Below, piece after piece: positions 1-11,800 of a stretch of DNA of 64,000 bases. The position numbers were made by a program, and so were the translations under genes. The stretch spans positions 18,352,001 through 18,416,000 of the forward strand of contig OZ249445.1 in the NCBI GenBank assembly GCA_965235115.1, given 5' to 3'. The notes under the pieces are model-generated. The model did no database searches, had not been told where the DNA came from, and saw nothing but the letters and a program-made list of their open reading frames with translations. The stretch is from Laetmonice hystrix (lineage: Eukaryota). Positions within the stretch are counted from its first letter, which is position 1, and every line of letters begins with the position of its first letter.

Positions 1-156
1 TCATGTTGCTGACAGCAGCATGCAGAGATTCACCCGCCGGCACTGTCAGTGGCCCAGCCTCCAATCAAACCCCTATCATCTTCTCAGTCATGTCCCTCCC
101 CATCCCTGTCGTGGCCCTCCTCTCCGGCGGCCTGCACTCCTCAAACAGCCAGGAAC

Positions 157-431
157 GAGGCGGTCCGGCCACACCCATGCTACCGGACCCTCCTCAACCA
201 GAGCCAGGGATGAGGCGGTCCGGCCACACCCATGCTATCGGACCCTCCTCAACCAGAGCCAGGGATGAGGCGGTCCGGCCACACCCATGCTACCGGACCC
301 TCCTCAACCAGAGCCAGGGATGAGGCGGTCCGGCCACACCCATGCTATCGGACCCTCCTCAACCAGAGCCAGGGATGAGGCGGTCCGGCCACACCCATGC
401 TACCGGACCCTCCTCAACCAGAGCCAGTGAT
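157..431 (+). repeat. 55-bp tandem repeat, 5 copies, with alternating variants (110-bp higher-order unit)
   Basis: Unit gaggcggtccggccacacccatgcta(c/t)cggaccctcctcaaccagagccagggat starts at 157, 212, 267, 322 and 377. The variable base alternates C,T,C,T,C. Confidence 0.95.
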
Positions 432-3400
432 GAGGCGGGCCCCCATCATCCTACTCGCCTCCATAACCCATCTTCCCATCACCTCCTCATCTCACTCGTT
501 TCTTCACATTTTGTCCGCCCTAATAACCTGTCTCGGGTGCCCTTGAAAATTGTCCCGGAAACAATCGAGTTCCTATTGGATGCCTGCGATCAGTGTTAAG
601 ACCCTGATTCCATCCTGATTGAAGCCTCAGGCACAGGTCGCCTAAGTTGATGGAGATCGCTGTGAGCAATGTTTTAAAATGCCACATCCCAATCTTCCTT
701 AATGTGTGTTTTCTTGGTAAATGGGCATCTTCAAATTTCTGTCCAACTCCAAAATAATCGTTCCGCAGAGAATACTCCCGTGTAGGCAGCATCGTTCACA
801 CATTAGTTTTGTTCATTGTGAAATAAAGAGACGATGCCAATGGAATATGGCCACCTGTATACATTTCTCTTTCTCTCCGTCCTCCGCTCAGCGTGAACCA
901 GTACCACCCCGTCCCACCCACCCTCAAAGGGCGGGAATCACACAGCCTCCTCCACCACCTCAGCCCCTAAATCCCGGCCTCCACCTCCGTGTCTGGGGCC
1001 CGATCCTCGGGTCGCCGCGGGGCCGCTTGCCCTGATCCCCGGCCCACCGCCGGCTCTCCCACCTGGGTCCCGCCTAATGAATTCTGCCGCCGACTCCGGC
1101 GTACGTTCACCCGGCAAACTGACACTAGGCTTCGGTAACTCCGTCTAAATAACGTGCCCGCCTCACCGGCAGCATAACCCCGGCCCTGGTGACAATCCTA
1201 GAGTGGGAAACCAATCGTTCTGGAGGACGGCCCTCTGGGGATCCTTTTTGTCGGATACACGCATAAATATTTTGAAGCTCATTCACTCTGAAGATCTTTG
1301 AACTTCAAATTGTCAGTATACTGATCAGCAGATCCGGGTACATTTGTAAACTTGTTACCCTGTGAGCCCATACCGCTTAAGGCACGAAAATACGCGAATC
1401 TACAAGGAAACGGGTAAAACGCTAAATGGATACCACAGGACTGTACCAGGATAACAACCCAAAAATAGACAACACTCAACTGTCAGGAATAAGTGCACGG
1501 GAGGGAATGACCTGTTACAATTGATTGCTTACAACAAGTAACACCTATCTATACCTCCTAGTACTCCGCCGTTCTAGGAAACAGATGATAAAAGTGAAGT
1601 ACACACCATATACGGTCAGTACCAGCCGGCGATGTGTACCGTTTCATCCTCATTATACCAAACATCAAACAATGATGGTGTAACTGTTGACAGCAGCTTC
1701 CACGTCCCAACCAACAATCTCCGGACTGACTGTGTCAGTCACATGTCGATCTAGTTATACAAAACACAGTTAACCGTTTTATCCTAACAACCCATCTATG
1801 ACGTCTGACCCTGAACCGCCATGTTGGAAACCGTCCTCAGACGATGGGGTTCGAACCCCGTCTTAACGTATAATCCTATATAGCTAGGTCCTATGAGAAG
1901 GTCCTCTAGACACCGTCAAACGCCCCCACAGTGGTTATACAAAATGTAATACAATCTGGTGGTGATATATCTGCCAACAGTGCAGCCGGGCCGACTGTAC
2001 TGTCTGAATAATTGAATCAATGCAAAGTTATACAAACTGGGGATTCAGGTATTCGTTTCAAGAAATAAAGTGCAATTCCAAGATAATTTGTATGCACTTT
2101 CGGCTCTAAATGTCACTTGTTCTTTTTTCCTGCAATCTGATATGTTATTACTGACTGCTAGATGAATGAAGAAGCAACGCTTTACAACCGGGAAACGTCA
2201 GAATAATGTTCAAACAATCAATATCAGTAGCCGCGCCCCCACCACTAAACCAATACTCTGTGGCACCTATAGGCACCAGCTTTACAGCCAAAGGTGCATG
2301 ATGCGGATTTTTTTCTTTCTCCCCAAGATTCTTTGCTGCGAATCTGTGCGACTGTAGTATTCCAGGTCAGGGTGATGTTGTCATACATCTGTGTATAGCG
2401 GGGCTCAGCTTTTGTATTGATCCCAACATCTTTATCTGAATGCTATAGGAGAATATGGCATCCGAAGGCCAATAAGCAGTGGGGATTGTGGCGGTGTTAG
2501 CGCAAGCTCCACCTTGACACTTGACAGCCCACAGGGAGAGCTTGTGCCTGTCAGAATGATCCGTCTTGTCTGCTGTGTTGTCTGATATGCGCTCCAGGTC
2601 CCCTAACACCTACAGCAACAGATCTGTGGAAGGTTTAGATAAGGCGAGCGTTATGACACCGGCCAAACACTGTCTGATCACTCAGTGACAGTGGGCAAAT
2701 ATCTACTATAATGGTAGAGAAACAGGGCCGTTGATCCGTTCATTCTATTGATATAGCCGCCCCATCTCTATCGCTATCTCTTCTACTGCAAGTGTCTTAC
2801 GTATATGATTATCACTATCACTTCCCTTTTTAAGTTTAGCAGTTTATGATATTTTTATTTATTCAGGAGTGTCAGTCACAACCCTACAGTTTGATATTTT
2901 CTTTCGGTTATGTTCAACTGATTGCCGCCTCTAACTTGCCCGAGTACTGGTAGTCCGAACCCTCGGGAATTGCTGACACAAACGATCTCCCCAAACTGAA
3001 ACCTTCCAAGCATCGCTGATACCGCCATCCCATAGGGATGTAAAATAACCCCCGCGGGCAGGCATTTCATGCTATCTCATGACATCTTAATGCGACGTGT
3101 TTGCTGCAGCAGCTATAGCCACTGGAGGATCTAAGCAGATGGTCACTGGGCATTCACAGCAGCCTCAGCAGCAGACGAGCAGGAGGTGTGGTTACAGAGC
3201 AGACGGCAGTGACCTCCTACGACCTGCATGCCGCCTCGATGGTCACAGAATTGCGGAGACCAAGCCACCGGAGGCATATTGCCTCTCGACTGAGACAGGT
3301 CTCGGCCCTGTGGTGCCAGATCAAGCTGGGTAATAAATAGAAGGACTGGACACTGGGCATCGCCGAGTAACTGGCCACCGGCGGGCCGCCAGTAATTACC

Positions 3401-4560
3401 CCAGGAGCTGGGTTCTCTCTGATGGCAGTAATACGGAAGTCAAGGCAGCGCCAATAACATTCACACCAACAAAGGCAATGTTTCAGCCGTCTTCCGACAG
3501 ATAATGCTTGTACCGAGTCTTCTCACTAACCATCATGTCACTGCACTCTCCCATTGTACTTTACCTTGCTGCCATTTATCTCTACCTGACTTTGCCAGAT
3601 CGTGTACCGTAGTTTAACAAGCCGTGTTTTCTTGTAGCATGCCATAGTATACACCCACCGACTGGCGACACGCCCAAACAACTGTAGTACTCCTCTATTA
3701 CCACACAAACACTCCGCCAAACCAGATACCACCAGTAAGTTTGCCCACAAAGACTCTGCCGCCCAGCTCTGGTGTTACAACTGTTTCCCCACTATTTCTG
3801 TGAGCAATAAACAGAGTAAATATCCTCCCTCGGATAGACACTGTCTTCTCCAGAATAACTGCTGCTGAGTATGTGTAGCCACGGATAATTACAAGAGGCA
3901 ACATCTGGTTACAGTTACAATATATTTCGTGACCAATACAATCATCATAATAACAGATACATGTGCGCGGTTTTCTAAATACTATAACTCTTGCCCAGTC
4001 ATTGTTACAGGGTGTGGCCGAGCTTTTTGCCAGTTGTCAGAGCAACAGCTGTTTATCCTGGTGGCAGCAGGCCTCATCTGATGCTGATAGTATAGAACCT
4101 GGTTAGAAGAAGCTCGAGTTGGACAATAGAAGAGAGTGCTAAGTTTGTTTGCGGTTTACCTATGTTATACAGCTCACCTATTCCATACTGTGTGTACCAT
4201 ATACGGTTTGACACTGGAGATGATGAATATCATACTCCCTCTGTTCTGTTAGTGTAACCTTTTCACCACTCCTTTTGACACACTGTAATTCCAACACTGT
4301 TTTCGTTAGGCGAACAATGACAACATATGTACATTCGACATGGTAACTATAGATAAATGAGGAGCTGACTTGGAGGTCTGATTATTTCCTACAGTTGATG
4401 CGATAATCAATGCGTTTTGCTCTCGTATCTGTCTGAACATAACAACAATCAACTGTGTGGTGCCACAGTGGCTGCCGCTGTCACTTTTACACTTACATTT
4501 CAGTTCAGCTGCATAACAGCAGTTACTATCCAATGTCGGCAACAGTAGGAACGCTCAAAT
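430..4560 (+). mobile_element. Decayed CR1/L2-type LINE ORF2 relic
   Basis: Collinear remnants read by eye across stops and frameshifts: EN end SSHHLLISL (about 470), RIYKETGKTLNGYHRT (about 1400, like PIYKxG..NYRP), EYGIR (about 2450), LLCCLIC (about 2570) and PQWLP (about 4460). Confidence 0.5.
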
Positions 4561-4675
4561 AACATGGTGAGTGAAATACTATAAATCTTCCTTATCGATT
4601 GGCAATAAAGAGTTCGTTTTAACTCTGTTACATGTGCACTGATCAGTTACAATATAGTTAACTTTCCCACTCTAC

Positions 4676-4765
4676 CTGGCTCCAGATTGGGATTTCTGCG
4701 TCTCCAGTACGACATAAGGAAGGTACTTACCTGAAACGTGAAAAAGACAGAAGAGAAGGTAAGTA
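4676..4765 (-). other. Candidate recursive splice site (AG|GTAAGT) with a 55-nt cryptic RS-exon, inside ephrin intron 1
   Basis: The minus strand reads atacttac-cttctcttctgtctttttcacgtttCAG|GTAAGTacc: a branch-like heptamer, a long pyrimidine tract and a 3' splice site directly abutting a consensus 5' splice site (junction 4731/4730). A second donor, CCAG|GTAGAG, lies 55 nt downstream (exon 4730-4676). Confidence 0.6.
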
Positions 4766-5853
4766 TAAGTGTTATCTGAGAACAATCATGAAAACATCGA
4801 CAGGTAAACCGTATATTATAGTGGCCCTCTAAATGTCCACTTTCTCTCAAAGGTATGTATGAACAAGCATTCTGAATCCAAACATTTCCTTTGTTTTTAG
4901 AAACTTGTTTCTTACCCTTAAAATCATATACAAGTCCAACACAGTTTTTTTTAAATCAAAATATCTGCCCGCGTTCCGCTGAGAAATAACCACCTCCAGG
5001 TTTCCTTCACTCCGTGCCCAAACGTTATTATACGACAGAACGTCGCATGAACTTCAGGGTCACTTCACTCTAATGGATACAAAAATCCATCAAGAATTTA
5101 AGGAGCTTAGGAGACTTTGGCTTTGCTCTACACGCCCGGGGTACTAACCTGATTACCACGGAGCTAGGGGCTTTAACCAGTTGGCTGCAATTACCCATTG
5201 TGTTGGTCTATACCCTATACGGCAAGTTGACTTTACAGATTGTACAATCTAACATTTCCTTTCCCCACGCAAGGGCAACTCATACAGCCTTTGTGCCCAC
5301 ATGTTGAGTTGTTTTCATGTAAGATCACCCCACATTAATTAGCCGGCCTTGTTTTCTTTAGCAACAAAGTTTCCCGCCAGTCCCTGCCAAGAAAAGAGCC
5401 CGACCATGAGTCATCTAGTTCAATCGGCTAACTGTGCTTTGCTTTAAAAAAAACAAACAAATTCCATTGTGATTAATTAAAACAGCAAACTGCTGTCCCA
5501 CAGGCCACATGGGAGGTACACTATGAGTTCACTGAGGTAACTCCCCTCACTAATTAGGGGCCCCAAGGAGACCTGGATGGGAAATTGGAATGGGAAGTAT
5601 TGTTAATGAGCTTAGCAGGTCCTTCCTGAGCCTGCTGAGCTGGGGCGTCAACAAACCCAGACTTCAAGTATATGCAGGGCAGAACCGACGTTTAGCCTGC
5701 AGGAGTATAAGTAAGCTGACAGTAGACATGGCCCCATAGTGACAGGTGTGAACACCTAATAAACTGTCGTTGCATCATTAGCTGAGGCCTGTCAATCCCC
5801 GTAAAGCCCCGAGTGTGTGTCTGTATCTAGGAGGGGGAGCGATTGTTAGTTGT

Positions 5854-5947
5854 TGACGTCAGGTTTGGTTTCCTTGGTAGCAGAACAGGATCGTTATGAC
5901 GGCGCAGTCGACTGACGTCATAAACATGACGTCTCCCGTCATGACGT
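5854..5947. promoter_or_regulatory. Cluster of CRE/ATF (TGACG) sites
   Basis: Perfect TGACGTCA at 5854 and 5913, plus TGACG cores at about 5897, 5927, 5938 (reverse) and 5942. Confidence 0.45.
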
Positions 5948-6059
5948 TATAATTCCTGGTATTTTAGAAGTCACATGTTACTATCTAGTACAAGTTCGGG
6001 CATGGGTCCTTACTATACATAACCCCCGTTATAAATGTAAATATATTATCAGGTATTAT

Positions 6060-7600
6060 AATGTTGGTACTACCCATTACATGTTTACAAAAACACGCTA
6101 CGCACTTGTCACCGGGAAGAGTAATGATTCCTCGATGCAAAAGTTATCAAAACATCTGTATGTTTCACAACCCGAATGCTAATAATTACACCAAAATACA
6201 CAACCTTTACAATATTGATGCATGTTTGCCTATAATTCCCGTGTTTCAAATTAATGGCACCACTTCATACATCCATACAGCTTCCAACAATAATAACATG
6301 AACAAATATCTAAATGGAAAGCCATTTATCATGGGACATCTGCCCTAATTATGCCCGTCAAATGCATCTTTCACTCAAGGGACACAAGTCCGAACAGTGA
6401 TACGGTCCAAATGCCCTGAAGTCATTAATTTTATTTGGCACAATATATCTATATCATCCGAAGCCTACAATGAAATCCATTTATCGTGGCCTGAGTGTGC
6501 ATTAGCTCCGACATAGGACCGGTTGAGGACTATTATTGATGACTGGGCTGGGCTGGAGCTCACAATATCTACACTTTACACTGCGGCGCTGGAAGCAACA
6601 CGTGAATCCATCCACCAACCTGCTCCATCATCCGTCTACTGTCGGCTGAGGGAGGCTGACATTGTCCTTCAGTAAGTGACGCCCTGTTCACCAGGAAGGA
6701 AACCATGCCAGTCCACAAACTGACCCTTAATTTGACGTGTGTGGATTACCTGACCTCTTCTATCAGTGATAGAGGATCCATCAGAACTAGCTCCCACTGC
6801 TTTCCTTTGGTGACATATTCCTTCCAATTCGTACAGACTCACTTGGTTGACAGCGTGAGAAGTGAGAAGATCACTGACATACAAATACCATGACTGATTT
6901 GTCCCGATAGTGACCCCTAAACTAAGGTCACTTCCAATAATCAATACCTGGCACAGCAGACAGCTAGGTGTCAATATTGACATGTACTGATCGTTATAAT
7001 TCAAAGGCATCTGTTTCCATGAATGATCCAAGATTATCTTCATCAACTCCACGCCATACCTCGGCCTGCGTCCCTGGACGGCCCCCAAACCACAGTATGC
7101 CATTATGGTCCACGCCCTTAAAATGTTCCATTGTTTGGGGGGGGGGGCAACATAAAGGTTCTTTTGAGGCAAAAGGCTGAGCTACATCCATTAACGAATA
7201 GCTTCTGAGGTGTGGCCATGGTCAAACGGAATTATGGATGAGGCTGTTCACCCTCCTTTAACAAATACATATTTCATAACTCTCTGTGGTGGCGAAAAAC
7301 TGGAAGTGCTTGCTATGCCAGTTCAAGAACATCGCTTCTTATTTGGTATAGGGAGTGACCTGACTTGTTTTCTATGCCAGTGATTATGCATTCTGCGGGC
7401 TTCACAGCCAATTGACCAATTTCCGCTGTGCCTCAGTGAGGCAGTGATATCAATTTCAGCCGACTCAAACATCAATGATACGTAGCTTTCTAAAAACACA
7501 CTGCCCACCACACCCCGGGCAGTGGACGTGCATACATGGGCGAAGGGGCTCCACTATTTCCCTATATCTAGACCCAATTAAGCCTCCACTAATGACAATT
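6060..7600 (+). mobile_element. Decayed LINE: ORF1 C-terminus plus APE endonuclease relic
   Basis: KYLNGKPFI and FIWHNISI (ORF1-like, about 6300-6450), then DYLTSSISD (like ETWLxxxIxD, about 6750) and GRPP (like YRPP, about 7080). Confidence 0.45.
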
Positions 7601-8999
7601 ACATGGAGGGACATAACTTAAAGTTAATGTCCTCATTTGTGTAAATTCGGTGATTAACCAAATTGGCACCAGGTCCGTCGACCCGATGCTATAGCCTACC
7701 GAGCGCCGGTGGTTGGTGAGGTGTGGAGGTGGGAGGATGTCTGAAGTCACCCGCTAATTATGGGAGCACCTGGCGCCAGAACAAGCTCCGTGTCACCTCC
7801 CACCAGACAGCTAACTATCCCACTACCCACTAGGAATATACCGCTATCCTTTACAAAACTGACAACAACTTGTCACGGCTTCCCGTTAAGGCCTTTGAAG
7901 GCCTTTGAAGTCACGGACTTGACCCCGTCTTTTTTTCCCGGGGTAAAGTCGTATCATTCTGATCCAACCAAATCTTGATCTTGATCTTCAAACGTGCCCA
8001 TCTCAAAGGAGAAGATAGATTGGTCGCGTCCTGCCGTCCGGAGAAGGCGGTGCGCGGTCAGTCGGGGATGGTTCCGCTACAAACACGTCTTTGCGTAATG
8101 AGATCTCCGTGCACAATAACGTTATGACAACTTGAAAAGACCTCAACATGTTTCTCCGGGCAATAGATGCTATCCGGGCGCTGCCGACCGAGTCTGGCGG
8201 TCGGGAGACAAAAGGGGCACGGATGGGGCCTGGGGCCCACCGTACCAGTCAGGTGGGCCCCTCAACAACCTACCGTCACACTTGTTTGCAGGTGTATGGT
8301 ACCTCATAAATAATCCGGTGTATCTTAAGAAACAACCTCATGAAAAAAACTTTACAATATTTCGATATATCTTAATAAATAACGTCAGAAATATGTTAAA
8401 AAACGAGCGTGAGAGCAAAGTTTAAAAGGATTGGGACGAAATTCAATTTGTGACTAAAATCCTTTAGCCCTGTTAAAAGCATGGTTAATTGTCGATATAA
8501 TAGTGTTATCGTAATTGAAATACTTTTTTCAATTCTCAGGGTAAAAAATGTATCCTGGTTTAGAAATATGGCTCATAAAAAATACTCTAGCGCTTTCGAA
8601 GCTTTAATTGCCTTATAACCAGATGTTTTCACTAGCGCTAAGTAACACTTCAGGTCTAGTTATCACAACTGCGACTTAAGAATCTCTCAAGGAGAATGGC
8701 CTTATCTTCGCATGAATTTGAGAGCCAGAAAACTGACGTTCGTGGAATCTTTCACGTTCTGTCTTCTAACTGACATGGACGTCTGAAACCCAGATGGAAG
8801 ATTTCATATATTAAACCGGGACAAAGGGCAGTGCGGTCTCAGCACTGATAAAATCGGTTAAACCCTGTACTGATCCTGCACTCCAATCGGCAGTGACATG
8901 TCGTTGCATGCTTGAGTACTGTCTACCCAAGGCTATAGCTTAATCTAGGCGGGGCCCCGTGGACCCCCACGGACTGCGCCCCTCCTACCCTGTCTGTGT

Positions 9000-10850
9000 G
9001 TAGAGTCGGCAGGCGGGTAGGAGAAGGGGTAGGAGGCAGGAGCATTCCTCCTGTGACTAACCTCACCACGTCTGTTCCTCCAGTGAGCGTCCTCCAGACG
9101 GGTTTGGTTAGCCTGTCGGCGGGAGGCGGTGGAGACTACAGGCCTGAGTCCGCATGGAGCGAGCTTGGCGCTCCTTGGGAAACTTCAGAAATTGTTCACA
9201 TTGTGAGGCGGGCTGGAGGGGCGGAGTCACCCCGCTCTCTACTCTATACTTCCCGCTCGCCTTCATCTCCTCCCGACCAGCAGCACCAGCTCACTGCCCC
9301 GAGCCTCCCCAACCAGACGCCAATTTTTTCGCACGGCCCCATGGCAGCTACTTACAGGGCTTTGATTGGAACCAGCCCTCTAACGTGAAAACAGTACTTG
9401 TTCTCCCCCTTACAAGGTTTCCTTTGTCATCTATTTTTGCTGCTGCGGCTGGGATGAAGTAAGCAATCCGTGGGTAAAAGGTACAGAAGGTTCTCAAGAA
9501 ACACCCGTGATGATTAATAAAGTACTACATATTACGACATACATTTAGACATGTAAAATGACTCATCACCCCACAAAGGTCTTTGTCATCATTTCCACCC
9601 TAAAGAAAGGCACACCCTAACAAACGAGACAGGTCGGTTTATCTATGGACACGGTAAAGGTTAGCAATAGTTGGTTTCAGACACTTATCATTAGCCACAT
9701 TCCTGGCCATGACCTGAGGCTGTACCGGTATACTCTTGTCTCAACAGCAACGGGACAAAGTTTCACACTTGTCTCCATGGCGATAAGCGTGCTTGAAATA
9801 TCACACCAAATGTTGTTGTTTTATTGCTAAGTCTCACTCCAATTATACGACCAATTCTTCATGATAGCAAAGAGCTAAATAAAATACGTTATCCTTTTTA
9901 TGTACGTGAAGAACATGGTCGATACCACTATACTCCAGCTTTTCATCTCTTCATAGGTTACCTCCCCATGTAAGCACATTTCGTAGCGTTCGACAGTTTA
10001 TTTTCCTGCATCTGGTAAAGGAACTAGAAATTTCCAAGAGCAAGTCCTTCTAGCTACATAAAATTCAATCTTCACTTTTCGCTTTCTAAAACAAATAGTT
10101 CCCAAGAGCAAGTCCTTCTAGCTACATAAAATTCAATCTTCACTTTTCGCTTTCTAAAACAAATAGTTCCCAAGAGCAAGTCCTTCTAGCAACATATAAT
10201 TCAATCTTCACTTTTCGCTTTCTAAAACAAATAGTTCCGTAACTTGACAATGACATTTCCAGCGCCTGATATTGAGTTACTGCCGATGAAGTGAAGGCAA
10301 TATAACTCCCTACCCGCTGTAACCCTGACCGCTGGAGCCCTTGTCGGCCTCCACTTCCTCAGTTTGTATCTTATTCTTCCTGTTACGTCTAATGGCCCTA
10401 ACCTCCAGGTGCTTGGAATACACCTGTACCGTCAATACGTCTCTCCCGTTCCGCTGCACCTGTAACTCGGTGAACACCTGCCTCAGCTCGTCAACCTTCG
10501 CCTCCAGTACCCCCTCCTCCTCCTGCGCCCACGTGCCCCCAGCGCGTGGCATCCCGTGTGGCGCCCCTCCCAACCTCCTAGTGATGGGGCCCCGCAGTGG
10601 GTGCCGTGACACTCAACCTATCAAATCAGTCAGCACCCACACTCTACCTCTGTCAGTTCTCTCCGACTGAAGCGACTCCACCCTGAGGCCCGCCTCATAC
10701 CACAGACACTGAGGAACATGTCTGGTCTCTTCCGACCCATACCTCTGACTTGAGGCACAGACACACAAAAAATCATCACAAACCCAGGTTACATCAGGCA
10801 GTGAGTCACCGCCCAAGGTATTGCTGAACGATTTCTGCTATTATCCTCTC
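9000..10850 (+). mobile_element. Decayed CR1/L2-type LINE (EN to RT); contains the 68-bp tandem repeat
   Basis: In order: AGGGGDYR (about 9120), LQGFDWN (like GDFN, about 9355), PLTRFPLSS (like PTR), SWFQTLI (like PW, about 9670) and RGIPCGAPPNLL (like GVPQGSxLGPLL, about 10545). Confidence 0.55.
10031..10238 (+). repeat. 68-bp tandem repeat, 3 copies
   Basis: ccaagagcaagtccttctagctacataaaattcaatcttcacttttcgctttctaaaacaaatagttc recurs at 10034, 10102 and 10170. The third copy has a few substitutions. Confidence 0.95.
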
Positions 10851-11249
10851 CCGACAAAACGGAAACCAACTTGTATATTTCATGCATTTCAGAAAATGAC
10901 TGATGACATGCAGTTTCATTCCATTTGTCCCAAAGATTTTGTTTAAAAAATCAACTTTTCCTTTTTTTCCCTCTTATTCTACCCGGCACAACGGCTGTCA
11001 TCTGACTAAAGAAATCGCCGACATTTTAATAGAATCTAAGGCCAACAGATAAACAAGCCATACCTGCCGATTGTAAATCAGGCCGAATCTCAATAAAACA
11101 CATTCACTGCTCAAACAAAGCCAGGGCGTGAAATCTTTTGTGTCAATTTCACCGAGACGGACGTTGTCGACTCAGTAGAGACAAGACCATTTTTGTTGTT
11201 GTCTTTGTGCCCGTGTACTGTCGGTGTGTATCTGTCGCACGCTTGCATA

Positions 11250-11800
11250 CTGTTGGCACATGTTGGACTGAGCGGTGGGTGTTTGGCCCACAGTAACCTC
11301 TGGCCCACCTTTCCCCATGGGCCACGGTGGGGGTTTGTTTGGTGAGCGGAGTGCCCTCCCGCCAATATGTCAACATCCCACACATTGCAGCATACCGGCC
11401 AACCCCTCCTGGTTGTCCTCACTGGAAACATTCAAAACCACCTCAAACAGCCGGCCTCTCCAACAGGAAACTGAAGTACTCCATCACAGGAAAGGCCACC
11501 TTTATTGGCAAACAGAGAATTTAACTCTGGTCCGTAACTCGTTTAGTTTAGTTTTTCCTGCCCATCACCAGAATGGTTGGAGGACGGGACCCTTGGGAAG
11601 ACTTGGGTGTTGAATCCACCTATCTTGATCCGCATCACAGTGGGAATCTTTAAAATGCAAACCAAGGGATCCTCGGGGTTTCCTACAGAAACCTGCTGTT
11701 TGTTGTTCCTTTTGACTGTCTGAACGAGTGGGATAAAGATATTTTGGGCAAACACCCATGAGCTTCTGCCCCTGTGCCTGTGACATGTGGCTGTGGGATA
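11250..11800 (+). mobile_element. LINE endonuclease relic
   Basis: GHGGGLFG, NSRPLQQ and PTETCCLL..TSG occur in the expected APE motif order. Confidence 0.4.

Noticed and set aside
90-143. PVVALLSGGLHSS resembling the PP-loop SGGLDSS of asparagine synthetase
   Set aside because: The catalytic D is absent, there is no exon structure or further homology, and the context is C-rich and low in complexity.
4504-4566. Plus-strand pseudo-exon (tttcag|...ATG|gtgagt) and a plus-strand AAG|GTAAGT at about 4760
   Set aside because: There are stops in all three frames, the segment lies in a LINE 3' relic, and there is no plus-strand gene here. The donor-like motif is the reverse complement of the minus-strand branch-point region.
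157-10238. 55-bp and 68-bp repeats as CRISPR-like arrays
   Set aside because: The units are contiguous with no unique spacers, there are no cas genes, and the context is eukaryotic.
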